Shown here piece after piece: positions 51,366 to 64,000 of a DNA stretch of 64,000 nucleotides. Source of the DNA: Azolla caroliniana (taxonomy: Eukaryota; Plantae; Polypodiophyta); contig JBHGNT010000002.1 in the NCBI GenBank assembly GCA_043228905.1, positions 25,110,001-25,174,000 of the forward strand, given 5' to 3'. Under the pieces are notes generated by a model, which did not search any database, had not been told where the DNA came from, and was given only the letters and a program-made list of their open reading frames with translations. Position 1 is the stretch's first letter. Each line of letters begins with the position of its first letter. The translations under genes were made by a program, and so were the position numbers.

Positions 51366-51669
51366 TTGTTCGCTCCAATTGGTAACCATTGCATCTACAT
51401 CTTCGTCTGTTGATTATCTTGTGTATTGTTGTGTATAATCTTCGTCTATCAATAACTGGTTTGCATGTGGTTTAGTAACTAGCTACGTGTCTATTTTTTG
51501 TTTCAATTTACTAATGCATATGTCAGGCCAAATGGAATGTTTGCAAACGTATGAAAAAGAATGTTTGCAAATGCATTCAAATATATTAGGTACTATGATA
51601 ATAACTGAACTACGACAACTACTCTTTAGTCTAATTACAAAAATGTCCTAAACCTAGTTTGTCCCAAAA

Positions 51670-51770
51670 ATAAACAACCACTCTCGTTGTTCGTGGCCAA
51701 ATGTCCAAACCACATAACATAAACAACCACTCTCGTTGTTGGTAGCCAAATGTCCAAACCACATAACATA
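51670..51770. repeat. ~49-bp tandem duplication
   Basis: taaacaaccactctcgttgtt.gt.gccaaatgtccaaaccacataaca occurs twice. Confidence 0.85.
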
Positions 51771-52263
51771 GGAGACTTGTTTTCCATTTGGCAGTTCGTG
51801 TGGTCGGTAAATATTAGGGGCGAATTTACGAGTGAAGCGAGGTAGACTCCAAGGGAGGCTCTGGGGGAATGTCGGGTTGTACGAAGGAGCAACGTTGGGA
51901 TCAAGTATTGTTTGTCAGGGCCATACGAAGGATCAATCAATATTGTTTGTGGGCCAAGCGAAGAGAAAGCGGGCCAAGAAAGTGAGTGGAGTTGGAGCGC
52001 ACCTCGTGGACACAAGAAAAATAATGTGTGCAAGGAAGGAGTATGTGGTTCACACCCCATTTGCCCACAACCATTCAATTTTAAAACACACCCCACTCCT
52101 CTCACTTATTCTTTCACTCATGTGGACTAAAATATCTGAGAAATAGAAAGACCAAAAGAAACAGGGCTTCCCAAAACATCTCCCATTCTCCATCAAAAAA
52201 CAGGGGAGAGGAACAGGGCAGGAAAAAACAAGTGAGATTGATAGGAGGTAGGAGGGTGAGCTG

Positions 52264-55216
52264 ATGGATACTCTCAGAATAAGCAGCATGCCATCGCCAT
52301 CGCCATCGCCATGCCCATCTCCATCTAAAGTCTTGATTCTTCCATGTGATCGAACCGTGTTTCCCCAAGTTCTCATGAAAGGCCTCAAACAGAAGGATTG
52401 TAATACAAAGAATCCTTGTGTGGTAGGAAGCCAACGAGAGGATTTATGCCTCCGTATAGTTGAATCTCGACTTCCGGAGGCTCGGTTGGGTAGATCCAAC
52501 GGTGGAGCTGGAGTCCTCGAACGGCCTGGATTCGATCAGTCCCAGGTCTATCAGGAGCCCGGAGTTGAAGAAGGTAACCCTAAACCCCTCTATGCGTGTG
52601 CTGAACATTACAGTTTTTAAAATGTGATCCTTTCCTTGTTTATATCATTAAAAGAGAATGCTCAGTAGCTGTTTTTTTAAAAGAGAAATGGTCACGTTTG
52701 GTTCAGAAATTGAACATCATAGCTTCTAGAATGTGGTCATATTTGCTGCATATTGTGAAGATTATAAAACGGAACAAATGGTCTCCTTTGGGTCACACCA
52801 TGAAGATTATAGCTTCTCAGCATGGTCATAGTTGGGTTTAGCTCATGAAGATTATAATTTCGTATTGCTCATGTTTGATATATGCCATGTTGATTTAGAG
52901 GCTTATAAAAAGTTTCTCATATTTGGTTTATACCATGAAGATCGTCACTGTTAAACGGTGATCATAATTGTTCTACGTTCTAGATAAAATCCAGAAGGGC
53001 TGCAGAGGAAAAACCCAAGTAGTTTTATTGCCATATTTTAAAATATTATAATCTCTCATGCTCAGAGCATCAGTACGGACATAAGTTCATCCTCTGTAAT
53101 TTCATGTCCATTGTTAGAATATGATATATTTTATCTCATGCTCAGAGCATCATTATTGGATAACATGATTGGTTCCTCTGAAACTTGCTTCTTTTTGGCT
53201 TCTACGTGGAGGAGGCCAGCTCTGCTAGTGGTTGATATCATCCAGGCAGATGATTCTCTTCATCATCAGTGAAGTATTATAGGATCTGCCACCGGAAACT
53301 CTGGAGGAACCCCCTTCTGGCTTGTGGGATTTTGAAAATATTACATTCAACAAACGTATCACAGGCTAACTTCTTCATACTCTTTTCCCAAACCCAGAAA
53401 TGATCCTCAGAAAATTATCTTCGAAGACCAAGCTTGCATAGAGTTCGCCACTCAGAGGAAATGAAAACCTAAATCCAGACATACCTTACTTTAAAAGTAG
53501 AAGTCTCTCCTTTGCTGATTTTAATCTAGACTATATCTCTTAATACTATGGATAGTGACAATAACATTGTGACCTGTGTATACCATTCTGGTCATTCTGA
53601 GATTCTTAAGTTCCTCTTATGAAGGAGGCATGTGCTTGGAAGCACCTTGTCTGCCATCCACTATGTGGGTGGAAGGCCAGAAGACAAGCATAATCAAAAA
53701 TCTACTCTTAAGGAGGTAGCAGAAATGCTCCCCGGACCCTTAAGACATAGGACAGTCCCTGGAAAAATGTAAAACATGTTTTCTCATCCTTCTCATTGAC
53801 ATTCACTTTTGTTTGACATTTACATGAAGATGATGATATTCATGTCAATGAGTTTGAAATCGACAGGAGGAGAAATGGGAAAGCTGATGCAAAAACGCAA
53901 ATCGGGAGGAGGCAATCGATATCGGGTTTTACTTTTGGATCATGAGAAACACACTGAATCTCGAGGTGAGTTACTCACATATTTTGAGGTTTTCATGGCA
54001 ACTTTATTATTATTATGCCTCAATGATAATCACGTCTTTATAGAAAATGAATTCAAGACCTCATTATTAGAAGGTAGAAAGTTCAATATATATCGTGTAG
54101 AATTGGCAAATTCTTGATTTGTGAGCTCTTGGAGTTTATGAAGATGAAACTGGAAAATAGATGTTCTTTTGCAAATACGAAGAACCTTTTCTAGAGCACT
54201 GATTTGTAGCTCAGTCCTTGGCTCTGTGTGCACAATTCTCATGATCAACCCATAGACTACCACGCATATCAAGGAGAGCCGTAAATTTAAGAGTGTAGGA
54301 ATAACATAGAGAGATGTGCACAAGGGTTACTTACCCTTTACATGCCTATAAATTCTTTGAACCCATGATACAAAAATATTGTATTCTGATTTAGCAAACC
54401 AATACCCGAAAATGCTTAAGCATACTGCCTGTTGAGATGGGGAACTCATCAAGCCTCATCCTCTTGGGCCAGCGTGCAGCCATTCTTTCTTTAACATCTT
54501 TATTTCTCAAATCTACAAGTGTATCCCCCTTGTCACCTGCATCTTAAGTTTGTCTTGGTTTGAAACAGAGGTCTATGTCCACACTCTAGGGCACGCCCAG
54601 ATTAGCTGATAGTGAAGAAAATGTAGGTATAGTGCCATGAAATGTGCACAAGTGTATCTAGTGAGCCCTTTATATCCTGATAAACTCTATGATGTACAGA
54701 CTAGCCCTTTTCATATAATCGAAGAAACTGTAGGAATAATGAACAGAGATGTATACACAATTGTTGTAATCCTGTTAAGTGCAAGGTTTATCTATGCCAG
54801 ATGATATCATCAAAGGTCGTCTAACCTAATACTCAGAAATATTTCTAGCCAGATATTGATAAATGTAGTTATGCATATTGCTCGTAACAATTTATTTGCA
54901 TCATCGTTCTTTCTTGATCCATTCGAATTGTGCAGTTACATCTGCACTTCCAAAGGCGGTGCCCACCATAACAGTTGATGAAGCAAGAAAATGTTTCTTT
55001 GTCTCTCGAGAGAAGGGAGTTGGAATTGTGACAGTCACAGTGAAGGTATGTTGTTATGTGTGTGCATGCAGTCTATAGCATAATGCTATATAATTTTGAG
55101 ATACCAATGGTTAGTTACACAATTTCATGGTGCAGGAACATGCAGAATTCTATGCCCAAATGATGGCCCGTAGTGGTCTACGATCTGGAATTGAACCTGA
55201 TGCTGATACAATGTAA
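52264..55216 (+). CDS. ClpS-domain (N-recognin adaptor-like) protein, probably plastid-targeted; exons 52264-52573, 53867-53965, 54936-55045, 55136-55216
   Basis: GGAGVLERPGFDQSQ...YRVLLLDHEKHTESRVTSALPKAVPTITVDEARKCFFVSREKGVGIVTVTVKEHAEFYAQMMARSGLRSGIEPD. Splice phases are consistent. Confidence 0.85.
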
Positions 55217-56984
55217 AATTTATGGTTTTGATTGGTTGATCAAGGCTGTGTATACATTCATTGAGATATTTATAGTTGGGTCTGAGAAATCTGAGTGCAA
55301 TGCCAGATATATGTAATAGGGCCTATGATGGCCTATAAGATATAGTACACCCAGAAGTTTTGACATCTTTATATACTTTGTGATTTTTGAGAAGAGGCTT
55401 GGCAAAGCACATCAATCTTGATTATGTTAAACCTTGACTACGGGACTCGGGAGAACCAAACAAGCACACTTGAGTTGCATATAATATACATGCATGTGAA
55501 TCAAAATCAGTCATCTGGAGAAATCTGCACCCTCACATTGCATACCCTGGAAATTCAATAGTAACGGCTTATGAGATATAATAATGTGCTCAGAAGTTTT
55601 TATGGTGTCATATACTTTCTTTTACAATATTTTGAGAAGAGTCTTGGCGAAGCACATCAATCTTGATTATCTTAAGCTTTAGCTATTAGAGATACATTTG
55701 CATGTGTAGGAGCAACATCCAAACAAACACACTCACATTGCATATCATATATGTACATTCTTAAGAAATAACATCAGACATATGGGGAAATCTCTACCCA
55801 CACATTCCATAAAATTAATAAGAGACTAGTCAAAGCACATTAATAATGATCTCTTGAACCACAAGTAAAGTTGTTTTTACACATTTGGGTTGCAATATAA
55901 TGCAAGCATGAAATATAAGAAATGATTCCAAGATTAGGATCAATGCATGTTGATTATGCAAGCATGCATGGAAGCATAAACATATTTATTGTGCATTACA
56001 TTAATACTTTTGCTTCACCATTGGAAATTAGACAATGCATAGCTATCTGATTGTTGGATGCATGTGAAAAAGGCTGGCTACCCGCAACAACGCTGAGTTT
56101 AATTGCACTTAATAGAGAGGACTAAATCACAATTTTCTACTCCATTTTTAAGGAGATAATAATGGGAACCTAAGGTTGGTGACCCTTTTAGAATATTGGG
56201 AAGTATTTAGCCAAGGTTAGTCTAATTCAAGCACAAGTCTTTATAGATTGTTGCTCTTCCTATGCAAAGGAAACACCCACATAGAATAATGAATGGCATG
56301 CTTGCCCATGGAATGAAATATCAAATCCCTCAATCAACTCCTTAGAAGTTGAATGGCAACACAATTTCAAGTTCAAAAGATAGATACTATGGAAATCTCA
56401 TGTTGTTGGAAAGGTGATTAAGGTCCCATTGATAGAAAAATGAGTTTAGGTGTAAGAGAAGACTATTGACTCAATAAAAGGAGTTAAAGACCACAAACGT
56501 GGACAAGAATACACCATCCATGGCATGAATGACAACAAAAAATGCATCGAGATCGTTATTGAAATGACACTTAAGATAATGCACAAAAAGACAATATTTG
56601 GGTTGTTATTGAAGAACAGTTGTCATGATGCGTTCAATTCCCCAATTTATAACCCTTCCTAATTTCGCAGACAAGTGCATATATGGTGTGTGAGGCATGA
56701 GGGCTTCATGAGATGGGAAAAGCATAAAGCATATGAGTAGAGACCTTGAGAAGACCTCTCAAACTTACTAAGGAGGTTCCTGCCAGGTGTTAAATGCAGA
56801 TGCTGATTTGTGATAGGAAATGCATGTGAGACATGTGTAAGTTTTGCTTTTGATGTAATCCTGAAGAGATAATGGCACAACTATTTTACACATTAACATA
56901 CATATATAAGGACTAAGTAAGGGTAGAGAAGAGACATACAGAAGCAGCAGCAGAAAAGAAACAAGAGGAAACAGGGGAGGAATC

Positions 56985-57874
56985 ATGCAGAGTGTGAAAG
57001 AGAAGATGAGCAATGTGGGAGCCAAGGTGCAGGAGAAGGTAGAGGAAGGCAAAGCTTCAGCACAAGAGAAGGTAAAGATTAGATTCATTTCCTTTATACA
57101 TTTCCTTGAAGGAAGGACTGTGATCGTGATGGTTAATCCTTGATGGTGATTAGCAATCCTAAATCACAATTAGCATTGCTTAATTGTGAAAGTAGGAGGT
57201 TTTGGCATTTGTGAAGTACTCTTTTAACATTACTCCAGACTCCTTGATCATGATTAGCAATCCTCGTGGTCATGGTTAGCAATCCTTAAATACAATGGTA
57301 TATTAGCAATCCTTAATAGGTATGTATGTTTTGTGGTTGTTAGCAATCCTTAAATACAATGGTATATATGTTTTGTGGTTGTTAGCAATCCTTAAATACA
57401 ATGGTATATATGTTTTGTGGTTGTTTTGTGGTTGTTAGCTGTTTTGTGGTTGTTTTTTTAAGTATGAGAAGATGATTAGCAATCCTTAATAGGTATGTAT
57501 GTTTTGTGGTTGTTTTCAAGTATGAGAAGATGACGGCCCACGACAAAGCTGAGAAGAAGATGGCTCACGAGAAGAAGGAAGCTCGGCAGGACGAAGCGAA
57601 GCTCATGGAGCATGAGAAGAGGGCGGAGAATGCGGCCCAAACGGCGGCCCATTCACATGGACACCACCACCTCGGGCACCACGAGGGGCCACCGGGAACG
57701 GGAACGGGTGCGCAAACATTTGCGCACTCGGAGCAAGGGGCCATTTCGCACCCCGTCACACCTGGCACCACCAACTTGCATAGCTCCAACCCTCCGACTT
57801 CTCACACTAACTATGTGAACACACCCCATCCCATGAGCACCGCCACCACTCCCAATTATCCACCCAAGTCTTAA
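56985..57874 (+). CDS. Late embryogenesis abundant protein, LEA_1 (group 4) family; exons 56985-57071 and 57521-57874
   Basis: MQSVKEKMSNVGAKVQEKVEEGKASAQEK|YEKMTAHDKAEKKMAHEKKEARQDEAK followed by a His/Gly/Pro/Thr-rich tail. Confidence 0.88.
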
Positions 57875-58882
57875 AAAAAAAGAGTTTCCCGATTTGATTT
57901 TCTAATATTTTGCTAATGGATGCACACCCTTGTTGATATGTTTAAAAAAAATCTCTCATTTAGCTAGTGTTGTTTGATGCACTCTTGTATATATTGTCTT
58001 TTTTTCCCCCATGACTTATATTTGGTGGGATACTTATCAAATTAATGGTATTATCATGTTTCTTATTTTTTTGTCCAAATATACTATCTATGAAAGAAGG
58101 TTGTGCAATCTAGTGGATCTCAATTACAAGATCGAAGTTTGGTTGAGAGTTTTCTTTACTTACACAATGTCTTGATTACAGTTTTCAAGTAGTTGTGGGC
58201 TTCTTATTATCAAATTAATGTTATTATCAGAGTTTTGTCCAAAGATATTATCTATGAAAGAAGGTTGTGTAATCTAGTGTATCTAAATCCAGTGTGAATC
58301 TAAGATGCAATGTATACAATTCCTTCCATCAAACTTGTGCCATGCATGGATTATTGCTCGAACCATTTACTCAAAGGATCATGGACTTGTTGAAAGAGTA
58401 TGGGTTCTTGGAGTTGTTTCAAGAGGTGTAAATGCCCAATGATAAAAAGTGACATGCACAAGATTTGCATAAGATTTGCACCGTGTGAGTTTTGGTCATG
58501 CAAATATATTTTCTAAGAGGGTTTCTCGTTTATAAATCTAGAGATAGGAAGATCCAATTGGGATTATGCCTTAAAGTTGCTTTTTCCAACCAAATTAGTG
58601 CGATTGAAACTACCACAATGAATGGAAGCTATGACCATGATAGTCAATGTACAAACTAATATGTAATGAATGTAAAGGTTATTTGCTTAAGTGCTATGGA
58701 TTTTGATGTGTGGGTTAGTGTAAGGTGGTGGAGCATCACACATTTTTCTTATATTAGTTGCAAACTTGCAAGCAATGTTGTAATTGAAGTACGTGAATCA
58801 AGTCCACAACAATATGTAGAATGCTTCGATATGAGTATTTCAATGCTTGTAATACAACAAACACGACATGACAAGAAGGCAT

Positions 58883-59206
58883 GGGAAAAGTACCAGGATA
58901 CCCCTAGAAGTTCGTCTATTTACCATTTACCAGAATGCCCTGTAAGTTTCAAATTTACCAAACTACCCCTATGTCTAAAAAATTACACTTTATAAAGTAA
59001 TTATACACTTAAATCTATAAGCCCTATTTACGAAAGATGGAAGAAATGGACTCGAACTAACTAAGTCCTATTTATCAAATATTTGAGTGTATAATTATTT
59101 TATAAAGTGTAATTTTTTGGACATAGGGGTAGTTTGATAAATTTGGAACTTCCAGGGGCATTTTGGTAAATAGACGAACTTCCAAGGGTATCCTGGTACT
59201 TTTCCC
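58883..59206. mobile_element. Foldback/MITE element with ~125-bp terminal inverted repeats (Mutator-like G termini)
   Basis: GGGAAAAGTACCAGGATACCC...TATACACTTAAAT is mirrored by ATTTGAGTGTATA...GGGTATCCTGGTACTTTTCCC. No clear TSD. Confidence 0.85.
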
Positions 59207-59942
59207 TATAAAAAATGGGTTGCTTGTACCATCCAATCCTTATTCGACAAGATTCTCGGTCATCAGTGTTGGTTTGCCCCTATTGCTTCCTAAAGCCTAG
59301 ATGCTTCACTGATTAATCGATTCGTGCCAATTTACCACCTTTCAATTCAATTTGATTCAAAACGTCATGTCTTCAACAAGAAGAAACTCCAACCCATACA
59401 TACTTCAAGCTAAAACATGGTATAGTCTTGAAGGGGTTCCCAAATGCATGCCAATTGCCAAAGGCAAGTCTTTTTTTTGGGTCCTTTCAAGGATAGGAAC
59501 CATCTCCAATGCCTTTGAATTAACTATCCATACAACCAAATGGTGACATATGTGCGAGTCCATGACTGATTGACTGATTTGGCTAGCATATGTGCAAGTC
59601 CATTACTGGCTAGCTGAGCACTCTGAAAAGCGCTCCACTCTATATCAATCACATTTCCAAGAGAATCAGTACAAATGCTTTGTCTTTCTTTGCACATGCG
59701 ATCGAAGGCGCACTTCTATCCCATACATCTCAGATTCATTCTTGGCTTATTAAGTACAAACGATGCGAATAATACCCATCGAGGAGTATACACACAAACA
59801 CACACACACACCTCAGGAGGTCTCGAGGTCAAATCCGGGGATCTCCATTTGTTGCGACAAGAGGATTAAGTGTGTGAAGGGATTTTGATTATTATTAATA
59901 ATAAGGCTTTCTTCACTCATAGCTGAAGCCGAGGGGCACAGA

Positions 59943-62900
59943 ATGAACGTCTCAGCAGCTATGGCGACCATCGCGCAATTCTACTCTGTTCCTTCCTCCT
60001 CTTCCTTTTCTTCTTCTCCTTCAAATCACCCCGTGAATCAAGTGAGTTCAGGATTATACTACATAAGCATTTGTTCTCTAGACTAATTTTTCCTGTCTCA
60101 ATTCGCTATTCACAAAAGAACCATTTCCAGGGTTTCTTGATGGTGAAATCTAGAAAGAGCACGCTCAAAGGAGCTCCTTTAACATCACTATACGGTCTTT
60201 CGTTCTCTGTTGTCGCTCATTCGTCACAGCAAGACATAAGGTCAACTACTAAGGTATGCAGAGCATGCTATATTGTGAGGATAGATAATGTTGCAATTTC
60301 ATTCATCCTGGATATAGACAATGCTATTGACTTATCTGTCCATGAAATTGATAGTTTTACTACGTTATCCATATTGGAAACAGAAAGTGATTCTGCAATC
60401 TAATCCATCTTGTAAATAGACAATTCTACAATCTTATCTACTTCCAAAAGAGATCGGATTGTAGTTTTGTCCGTCTTTGAAATATATTAATTTACAAGTC
60501 TATACATATTTGAATGCTGTTACAGGAAGGGGAGAATATGGATATGCCTACAATTTCAGTTTCAGTGTCAGTTGTATCATCCATTTCATCAATCCCTTCT
60601 GAAGATTGGGACCTTTGTGCAGTTGAATCTGTTGGGGAAGATTCACTTAATCCTTTTCTTATGCACGCATTTTTATCAAGTTTGGAGGATAGTTCATCGG
60701 TGACAACCGTAAGATGTTTCCCATTGTCTTCTGTATCCTTAAAGAAAACACAAGGAAGATTATTCTCTTTGAGATCATTAAATCAGAAGTTAACTACCAC
60801 TTGCCTTGTATTTTCTTTGTTAAAACCATTCATATTTCGACATTGAGATCGTTGAACTGAAACTTATTGACCACTTTGCACATTCTTTTGTGTGAAAGAC
60901 ATTCATATTTTGACTTTATAATAATTAAACCAACAGTTAACTATCATTTTTTCTTATAAAATAGCTTTACCATCATTAATTTTATATCCTAAATTATTGT
61001 GCAGAAAAAAGGATGGGCCCCTCAACATTTGGTGGCAAGAGATGATGCTGGTACCATTCTGGGAGTTGTGCCTCTCTATCTTAAAAAGTTAGTATGTTCT
61101 CAAATAATAGTGTCTTATTTGTGCGTGGATTGCTTTATGGATGATTATTGTTACACATGATAAGAAGATTTTTTTCAACTTCTCTTGTCTAGTGAACGAA
61201 CCTCCATGAGGTTTATTCTGCATTTCTTCCTTATTTGTACATGAAATGGCATTTTGGCAAATAATATTACACCTCGACATGAGAGGATTTCTTCAGCATT
61301 ATTCTGATTAATGAGTGAACTTATGGGGAGAGTTCTGCATTTATCTTTCGTTCTATTTATGGCATCTGCATTTTTTCTCCATGAGCAAGTTGCATAGATG
61401 TCTTCAATAGTGTTTGGTTAAATAGAAGAATTCAGAAAATTTAAATGAAAGTGTATATAGACATTTACTAGTATTTTATGAGAGTATTCTTCAACTGATG
61501 TTTATGCAGTCATTCTTATGGAGAGTATGTGTTTGATCACGCTTGGGCCAATGCTTTTCATCACTTTGGTGGATCCTATTACCCAAAATTGCAGAGTTGT
61601 GTGCCATTCACCCCTGTGACAGGTCCCCGGATACTTCTTCGTAATCATCCATTAAGGGATACTGTGGCTGATGGAATATTGCAATCAATGCAAGAGCTTG
61701 CACACCAAGTAAGTTTTGTTTACTCATGTTGGGTTACCCTTTTGATGTTTCAAATTGGGATTATAATGCGCAATTGTATATGTTATCAGTTCAAGGTATC
61801 ATCCTTGCATGTTACTTTTCCAACAGAAGAGCAATGGAAAAAGATGGGTGATGCTGGATTTCTTCAAAGAGTTGGGATGCAGTATCATTGGCTTAACCAT
61901 GATTACAAAAGGTGTGGTTAAAATTTTGGATTTAAACTTTGTATTTGTTGATCAGAAAGTTCATGCTTTAGAGGCAACAACAGGTATGCCCTCATAATGA
62001 TACTCACTAGTAAAGTTGAGTGCCTACAGTGAGTATGTGTGTGCCACAATATTACAAGTTTGGATTTGACAAATTGATCTTATTGCAACTGCATTTCCAC
62101 AAACTTTGTGCTACTAACTTTGAGTTGATGGTGTGACTTTCCAGTTTTGATGATTTTCTTATGGACTTGAAACAAAGTAAAAGAAAAACAATTCGACAAG
62201 AACGCAAAAAGGTGATAATCTTGTATGTTTGGGGTTTTAATTGCGACTTCTGAATATTTATTGACATCGGACGTTTTAGAATTCTAATCCTGGAAATATT
62301 TTCAAGGTGCAAGCCCAAGGTATAAGTTTCAAGCGATTGCGTGGAGCTGAAATAATGGTATGTTTTAGGATCAACATTGCTCTCATGTAGTTTGTTATTG
62401 TTTCAAAGTATGACTGTGAAGTTTGCTTGTGTTTTCTTTAAAGCAAAATCAGGAATTTCGCTGAAGTAAGCCTCTTCGCATATGAAATAGAAAACGAAAC
62501 TGACTTCCCCAAATTACATATCTATGCCAAATGTGCTGTAATCTCATACATAGTCACAATTGAGGCTGAACACAAGCTCAAAGTTAACTAAATTTTATTC
62601 CTACAATTGTTGAAGCAAGAGATGCGGATTTAGAAGAGACACATACCATGTCTTTAAATTTGTTAGAAAAACCGTGTTCTACAACTTGTTCAGGGTTTAG
62701 AAGTAGATATTATGAGAACCAAACGTTTATATCTATAAATTTGGTGGATCTCCGTCCACAAGTAGTGTGAGGGCTTAGAGGAGACGTTGCAAGGACCGAA
62801 GTATTAGAAATTGGATCCAGATGGATTTGATGTATTTGGATAAAACTAATCTTTTTTCAGCCTTAGTATAGTTTTGAACTTATGATTGTTTACATCTGGT

Positions 62901-63674
62901 ATATCATCTCTGAAGTCATCAATAATTCATTGGAAGAGCTCCTTCCCGCGTGTTCCATTGAGAAATTTCACGAAGGTGGCAGAAAGGTGCAGACAATAAT
63001 GTGTTGAGAATAGTTTGTGTTGAATTAGAGAAGTTTGTGTTTTTTTAGAAACTTTAGGCGTTAATCATGATGATGTTAGGCTGGTGGGATCCACATATGC
63101 TACTAATAAAGGTTGGGAACTGGGCCATACATCGTAACTTTTAACTGATTGTATGAGATTCTACCAAGATTGCTATATCTATTTCAAAAATGTGAAGTAT
63201 TTAAATACTTGAGAAGCGGTTTTTGGTTGTCTACACATGTGTTGTGTATGTCCCATTTCATTAGCTTATGCATGGTAATTAAAAGATAACTAACAGCTTT
63301 GAGACGTTATTTTTGTAGCTGTGGAAACCCATGTTTCAGGAACCGCGTGGTGGCTCTAGATAATAAATAGCATCTGGATTGTGTAGTGATGTTGCAGTCT
63401 CAGTTTTTTATGCAATTTTAAACATTTCCTGATTATCTGGATTTGTCACATGATTTAGTCCGTTTTCAATTTTATTGGGAGCTCTATGAAGTTGGCTTTA
63501 GCGATTTGGTGTAAAATTGTAAAGATGCATGTCATAGATAATGTTGATCATGGACCACTTGTCTATGGCCTAGAGGAGGCAGGATCTGTTGTATTTCTTT
63601 CTGAATGAAAATTGATTACAGGCACATCATTGGGATTCATTTTACAACTTCTATCGGAATACAACTGATAACAA
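59943..63674 (+). CDS. FemAB-like (DUF482) GNAT-fold acyltransferase with transit-peptide-like N-terminus; 3' end lies beyond the window
   Basis: Exons encode NPFLMHAFLSSLE, GWAPQHLVA...VVPLYLK, HSYGEYVFDHAWA...YYPKLQSCVPFTPVTGPRIL, VSSLHVTF, QYHWLN, FDDFLMDLKQSKRKTIRQERK and WDSFYNFYRNTTDNK. Confidence 0.88.
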
Positions 63675-63879
63675 GTATGTCATTTGCCTCCTTGAAAATG
63701 TTTTGAGGTCAAAATAACCACAATGATTTATGTTCATAGTTGCATGAAATGGTTGTTTCCTGCTTGGGAAGTGATCTGGTTGTTTCATGCAGCCAATTAT
63801 TTTTTAAAATCTGCCTTAAAACTAAAATTTTCGTGGGATGAAAGTTTCTTTTTACTTGTTTTATCATGCTGTTTCAGGG

Positions 63880-64000
63880 AATATATATATTTATATATGT
63901 ATGTATGTATGTATGTGTGTGTGTGTGTATGTGTGTGTGTATGTATGTATGCATCTGTATCTGTATATATGTGTGTGTGTGGTATGTATGTATGTATGTA
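63880..64000. repeat. Compound (AT)/(GTAT)/(GT) microsatellite
   Basis: Direct reading. Confidence 0.9.

Overview
Eukaryotic nuclear DNA from a land plant, most likely a fern. This is inferred from the style of the PLS-PPR genes, the spliceosomal introns and a plastid-derived petL fragment with an apparently unedited codon. Protein genes: two PLS-class PPR genes, a MUT9-like/HD16 casein kinase 1, mitochondrial-type RPL33, a PWWP-domain protein, a NUDT25-like Nudix hydrolase, a ClpS-like protein, a LEA_1 protein and the 5' part of a FemAB-like/GNAT gene. The main anomaly is at ~36.1-48.2 kb: a head-to-tail array of about 35 cytosolic-type tRNA-Leu(CAA) genes and pseudogenes on a 150-bp unit (84-nt tRNA + 66-nt spacer), with higher-order repeat structure. 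The array is interrupted by a full-length decayed Ty1/copia element (inserted in an anticodon loop), a 686-bp solo LTR, Ty3/gypsy coding fragments and plastid fragments (petL, 23S rRNA, psbA twice). Exon and repeat coordinates were read by eye and may be off by a few bases.
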